Positions 34,526 to 39,836 of a DNA stretch of 39,836 nt are shown in pieces (positions within the stretch are counted from its first letter, which is position 1; every line of letters starts with the position of its first letter). The notes below the pieces were generated by a model. That model was not told the origin of the DNA, searched no databases, and saw only the letters and a list, made by a program, of their open reading frames with translations. A program made the position numbers and the translations under genes. Source of the stretch: Octopus bimaculoides (lineage: Eukaryota); contig NC_068983.1 in the NCBI RefSeq assembly GCF_001194135.2, positions 127,206,494 to 127,246,329 on the forward strand, in the 5' to 3' direction.

Positions 34526-35307
34526 GCTATGTTTGTATGATACCAGTTATATACAGTTATACTGCGCCAATTTTTGTTTCTACTTTAACTTCATAATTAT
34601 AACATTCTCTCTGTGGAATTACTAAAGACATAATTTCCTACGTCTCCACACGAGTCTATTATTCTCAAATATATTCTATACCTTACTCTAAGCAAACTAT
34701 CTCACATTATACAAAAGCTAATATCACATCTCAGTATACACTTTGGCATTCTAATTCCTAAAGCATGAAATTTATAAACAGCTGGAAGACATTTATGAAG
34801 CATACTGTATCAGACTTGCTCACATTTCACAGTACTATCCTAATAAAATAAAATAACTATTTGTCCTGGATAAAGAATTTCGACGGAGATATACTATGGC
34901 AGCTTTGGATTAAACGTGTACTGGAATAAAGAGATACAGTGTTAAAATGGAACTTGCAGCGATACTAAAATGAAGACACGCAACATCGCCTAGTGTTTGG
35001 TTCCAAATACATAAAATACGGTATGTAACTTAAACAGTTACCTCACATGCTGTAGCTAAGAGGTTCCACTCGTTTCTACGAATGAATGAATATACCTTTT
35101 TTAATATCTATAAAATGGTACTTTTTAGACAGTCGCGCATATAGACATTATATGTGTGTTGGATGACGCTAATATTCAACGGTGGAAAGAAAATTCTCAA
35201 CAGAGTTGAACAGCTGAAGGTCTTCAGAGAAGGAACCCTTCTCAGGCAAGTGTTTCACCCGTTAGCTTCAGAGCATACATATACTTATTCAGTAGAGAAC
35301 TTACTAG

Positions 35308-35658
35308 CAGACATACATACATACATACATGCATACAAACATACATACATACATACGTACATACATACATACGTACGTACGTACGTATATACATAATGCA
35401 TATATATCTACATACATACATGGTGGTTGTCTACTCCTTAAACAGAGTTTGACCACCTCCTGCACCTACACCTTAGCCATTTCATGGCGTCTGATGTGGC
35501 TTTTTAAACCAGACAGTGTTTTGAAAAAACACCCACACAGATTGCACCTCTGATTTGCACTACCAATACCTGCAAGTAAGTTCTGCTCATTGTGGATCCT
35601 AACATGTCTTTTAAGACCCCCATTGGATTTGCAAACCCTCTGGCACACACCACATTCA
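35308..35658 (-). mobile_element. 3' end of a probable RTE-type LINE: two C-terminal C2H2 zinc fingers, stop, short 3' UTR and (ATGT)n tail
   Basis: ECGVCQRVCKSNGGLKRHVRIH-NEQNLLAGIGSANQR-CNLCGCFFKTLSGLKSHIRRH-EMAKV* (stop 35466-35468). Two perfect C-x2-C-x12-H-x3-H fingers without a TGEKP linker, followed about 45 nt later by a tetranucleotide-repeat tail. Confidence 0.7.
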
Positions 35659-35970
35659 NNNNNNNNNNNNNNNNNNNNNNNNNNNNNNNNNNNNNNNNNN
35701 NNNNNNNNNNNNNNNNNNNNNNNNNNNNNNNNNNNNNNNNNNNNNNNNNNNNNNNNNNNNNNNNNNNNNNNNNNNNNNNNNNNNNNNNNNNNNNNNNNNN
35801 NNNNNNNNNNNNNNNNNNNNNNNNNNNNNNNNNNNNNNNNNNNNNNNNNNNNNNNNNNNNNNNNNNNNNNNNNNNNNNNNNNNNNNNNNNNNNNNNNNNN
35901 NNNNNNNNNNNNNNNNNNNNNNNNNTGCACAATCAAAGAAACATTATTTATTTTTGTGTGTGTCTTTGAT

Positions 35971-36008
<38 letters not shown>

Positions 36009-37589
36009 CAGTTTACGACAGGTTTTTGAGGAATCATCTAATAACTAGATACAAAAAAAAGCTCTAATCTAGAGGGGAATATATCAAATGTCTTTTAAAT
36101 TGGACGCCTACTCTCGTTTGAAATTACTCTCGTTTGAAATTATACGCTTATTCTGAAAGTATGCCTGTAGCGCCCATGCTTGATTCAATGTCCAACCCAA
36201 ATCGTTGACTTGTTTGCTCTTAATGTTTATTATACATTTCAGATCTTGTCTGGAGAGTGGCGACTCTACGTGAAGTTATGTTATTCTGAGGATGTAAATT
36301 ACACTTCCCTTCAGCATTACTAGTAGTATAGCTGATTCATTTATATAGTCTGTAAAGTATGATCCTTGTCTGAAGGTTCTGAGATTTATTCAAACACGGA
36401 TGTCACTCCACTACATATTACATATATCCAGGGTTGTCCAACACTACAACATACATCCAGAATTGATGCAGTATGGCATGACACTTATTACTTACCTATA
36501 TTAATACAATTACATCTGCACATAACTATCTGTCACTTCTCCTGTTTGACTTTTGGCCGAGGTTGAAGTTTTTTCTCAGGAAAGGTGATCCACAGAATGA
36601 CGTGCTCGTAGTGGATTTGCAACTTAATTACGATTTGTTTGGCACAGACCAGACGGTTGACTAGTATTTTACACCCATGGATTTGCGTTTTGTTTTTCAG
36701 TACGTACAGTTCATATATACAGTCTGTATCAGTTGTCCTAGTGCACTATATTTCTGATTGTCCCCACCAAATCTTGAATTTATTTGGCGACAATGTTCAT
36801 TGATTTTCCCGGCTCATAATTGATAATGTTTTAAACACGTTGGAAATAATACAATATACTTGGAGTGTGTGAACGCTTGGAAAGTTATACTTTCCTATTT
36901 GATAGTCTTAACACTCCCGACAAATGATTTCTATTTCCATCGAAATCTCTGTACAAAAGATTTAATTACGTTTACAAAGTAGAGAATTTCTACGTCACTG
37001 TGTTCTGCTCGTAGGACAGGAAGTCTGCATGTTATTTCATTTCTTGTAGCAAAGGATCAGAAATAAATATAAACCTGTTTGAACTTTTGAAGAGAGTAAC
37101 ATGTGTATGTGTGTGAGTTTTGCGTTGTGTTCTTGTGTGTGAGCGCGCGTGTGCATGTGCGTATAGGTCGACACTAAACTTCCAATAAAAGAAGTGCCAC
37201 TGTTATGAGACTAGCATATACACGTGAGAAGTGATTACATACATTTCTCATTACTATACATAACTTAACATTTTATCTTACAAATTTTTCTACGGAGGAT
37301 TTTATCGGAACGATGACATTACGTTTTAATGTCACATGTTGAATAATTTTAAATTCGTTCTCTCTAAAGAAACGAGTTAGCAATTTTCCTGTTGGAGTTT
37401 CGCAGTATGATGCATCGAAAGGGCGAAAAATGATGGTGCAGATTTATACTTACCGGCATTCATTCTCTATTTCATTGTATATATTCATAAAGTCTTTGTG
37501 TTTCGATATAATCTATTTCTCTCATGAAACTTCGCGAAAAATATATATATCATAATACATTTGTACAAACACACACAAATACAAACATA

Positions 37590-37708
37590 AATACATACAT
37601 GCATACATGTATGTATTAGATGTGTGTGTGTGTGTGTGTGTGTAAATATATCTATCTCACTCTATGTATATATATATATATATATATATATACATACACA
37701 CATACTCA

Positions 37709-37749
<41 letters not shown>

Positions 37750-37810
37750 GCATATTTATACTCACACACATGCATACATACATACATACATACATATATA
37801 CATACATACG
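37590..37810. repeat. Compound (CATA)/(GT)/(TA) microsatellite cluster
   Basis: Direct reading. Confidence 0.9.
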
Positions 37811-38939
37811 TTCAGTTTCCATCAGGGACATCCACTCAGACACTTCATTGAAAGAGCAAATTCGAATCTCTACATTTTCTTAGTGGAATGATTGCCTCCT
37901 GCCATCACCTCCCTAAGTGTGCAACACCCAGAAATCAAAAGTTCCCTTGAGCTCTTCCAAGTAACATCAGCGGTAGTCGAATGCATAATGTCGCACAAGT
38001 ATTTACTGAAAGTACTAAGCACCGCAAACAATTTCACTAGCAAATGAAAGAGAATGGAAAGAGGTTATAATGATATATTGCAATACTTCTGTAATCCTGT
38101 TTATGCTGAATATAAATGCATTCAAATGGTAGGAAAAATAAAATTCGAAAATATCTAAAATTCATGATAACACAGTTTATGCAGCTTGTAGGTCTTTCAT
38201 GGATGAGATAATAGTCATGACACCGTCACCCTAAGGTAAACAGCTTGATATATGAGCTAGCCGGACACGAGGACAACATGGTCGTGTATGGAATTCATTC
38301 TAGCAAAATGTCTGTTCCTGAGTTGCCTGAAAGGAAGGCTGACGACTGATATCCATAACCCAGGGATATTTTATGTCAACACTCGAAGAGGGAGTTTGAT
38401 GCCTTTGGAAGAATTACGATTGTACCTTTATCGACAAGGGAAAACACACCAACCGCCTCTATCTAAACAGTAAAGTGATACTGAGGGTATTTTATAAGAG
38501 ACAGCCCCATGAAATTTGATGGTATTTTGCTTTTACACACAAACTGTTGTGATATTTTTCAGATTAGGAAGTTGCAAAAATTCTGAGGAAGGAAATGGAA
38601 AAGTAATCATGTAAACGCTCTCGAAAATAGCTGCTCTTTCACACAACCATCAGCTCAATCTCCACAGCAAATCAGTTCATCTCTGTCCACCAACTTCATC
38701 GGTGGTTTTTAAATTCAAGACTACAAATGGAAAAGGAAGCAACGCAATGCTACTATCTGCGGATGAGGATGTAACATATGCCAGAAAATCCATTCAGTGA
38801 AGGAGAATGTGGAAGCTCTAGGAAGCTGTTAAATGAGAGGAAAAGTATTAAAGGCACCATCAGTTTGTGGTATTCTATCAAGAGCTGCTAGAACTTAGCG
38901 ACAACAGCACTAAGAGAGGAAAATAATAAAATCTATAAG

Positions 38940-39191
38940 CTTCGGGCAAGTGTCTTCTAATACAGCATCGGGCCGACCAAAGCCTTGTGAGTGGATTTGG
39001 TAGACGGAAACTGAAAGAAGCCCGTCGTATATATGTATTAGTATATATATGTGTATGTGTGTTTGTGATTCTGTGTGTGTCCCTCCCCCCCAACATCGCT
39101 TGACAACTGATGCTGGTGTGTTTATGTCCCCGTAACTTAGCGGTTCGGCAAAAAAAGACCGATAGAGTAAGTAGTGGGCTTACAAAGAAGA
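38940..39191 (+). mobile_element. CORE-like SINE with internal microsatellite, truncated by a gap
   Basis: cgggcaagtgtcttc (CORE-like), gggccgaccaaagccttgtgagtggatttggtagacggaaactgaaagaagcccgtcg, (TA/GT)n, then ccccaacatcgcttgacaactgatgctggtgtg matching 4640-4700. Confidence 0.85.
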
Positions 39192-39421
39192 NNNNNNNNN
39201 NNNNNNNNNNNNNNNNNNNNNNNNNNNNNNNNNNNNNNNNNNNNNNNNNNNNNNNNNNNNNNNNNNNNNNNNNNNNNNNNNNNNNNNNNNNNNNNNNNNT
39301 ATATATATATATATATATATATGTATTATATATGGGAGAATGTACGAAAAAACAACAGACGAGGACAGGTGGTGTAAACAACAAAATGATGTATTAGTAT
39401 GACGCTCGGGAATACGGAAAG

Positions 39422-39458
39422 TCATTAACGTTTCGATCTACGCTCTTCAACAGAAAGA
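39422..39458 (-). ncRNA. Degenerate minimal hammerhead-like motif with CUGUUGA core
   Basis: Minus strand UCUUU-CUGUUGA-A-GAGC-GUA-GAUC-GAAA-CG-U-U-AAUGA. Same layout as 26979, with one mismatch each in helices I and II and A6 replaced by U. Confidence 0.5.
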
Positions 39459-39559
39459 ATATGGAGACAAGGAGAAAAACACGGACAAAAAAAATTGAAT
39501 AGTGTTCAGTCAACGGTCAATCAGAGTAATGGCTAATTATAGTAATGGCTGACCGGAAG

Positions 39560-39836
39560 TTAGAGATTTTTTCACAGGAGAGCTAAGAAAAGGGGGAGAT
39601 AACAAAGGTGGAGAAAGAACGGTGATCGAAGAACGAGGGGCTGTGTGTGTGTGAGATAAAATGCTGGTGATCTTGACGTATGTGTGTGTGAAAATGGGGA
39701 GGGGAGAAAGGAGTTGGTCAGTTGTAGTGTGTGCGTGGTGTGTTGTGAGGGTGTTGGTGTGATGTGATGTGAGGGTGTTGGGAGGTGGGGAAGGCATGGT
39801 TGGAGTGTGGGTTAGGCAGAGAGTGGGGTAGAGGTA
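39560..39836. repeat. G/GT-rich low-complexity tract
   Basis: Direct reading. Confidence 0.8.

Noticed and set aside
36490-36600. Strong minus-strand AG|GTAAGT donor
   Set aside because: All upstream frames contain nearby stops; a non-coding exon cannot be supported without transcript data.

Overview
AT-rich, microsatellite-dense eukaryotic genomic DNA with ten N-gaps. The SINE, LINE and transposon repertoire resembles coleoid cephalopod (Octopus-like) DNA; this is inferred from repeat recognition, not from a search. No host protein-coding exon could be supported, and almost all ORFs in the supplied track are microsatellite or gap artefacts. Recognisable content is decayed mobile DNA: two maT-like Tc1/mariner remnants (DD37D spacing counted in one), a mariner remnant, an internally deleted pogo-type element with both TIRs, a Chapaev-like transposase fragment, R4/Dong-type LINE pieces, the C2H2-zinc-finger 3' end of a probable RTE LINE, and about a dozen SINE copies. 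The most notable signal is non-coding: several minimal type I hammerhead-ribozyme-like motifs with palindromic helix III. One is intact (26979-27024, minus strand), a damaged pair sits in the arms of a 480-bp inverted-repeat element (9422-9900), and weaker copies occur at 12136, 23647 and 39422. Two of them share an atypical CUGUUGA core. A nested direct-repeat/minisatellite structure at 22829-23580 is unexplained.
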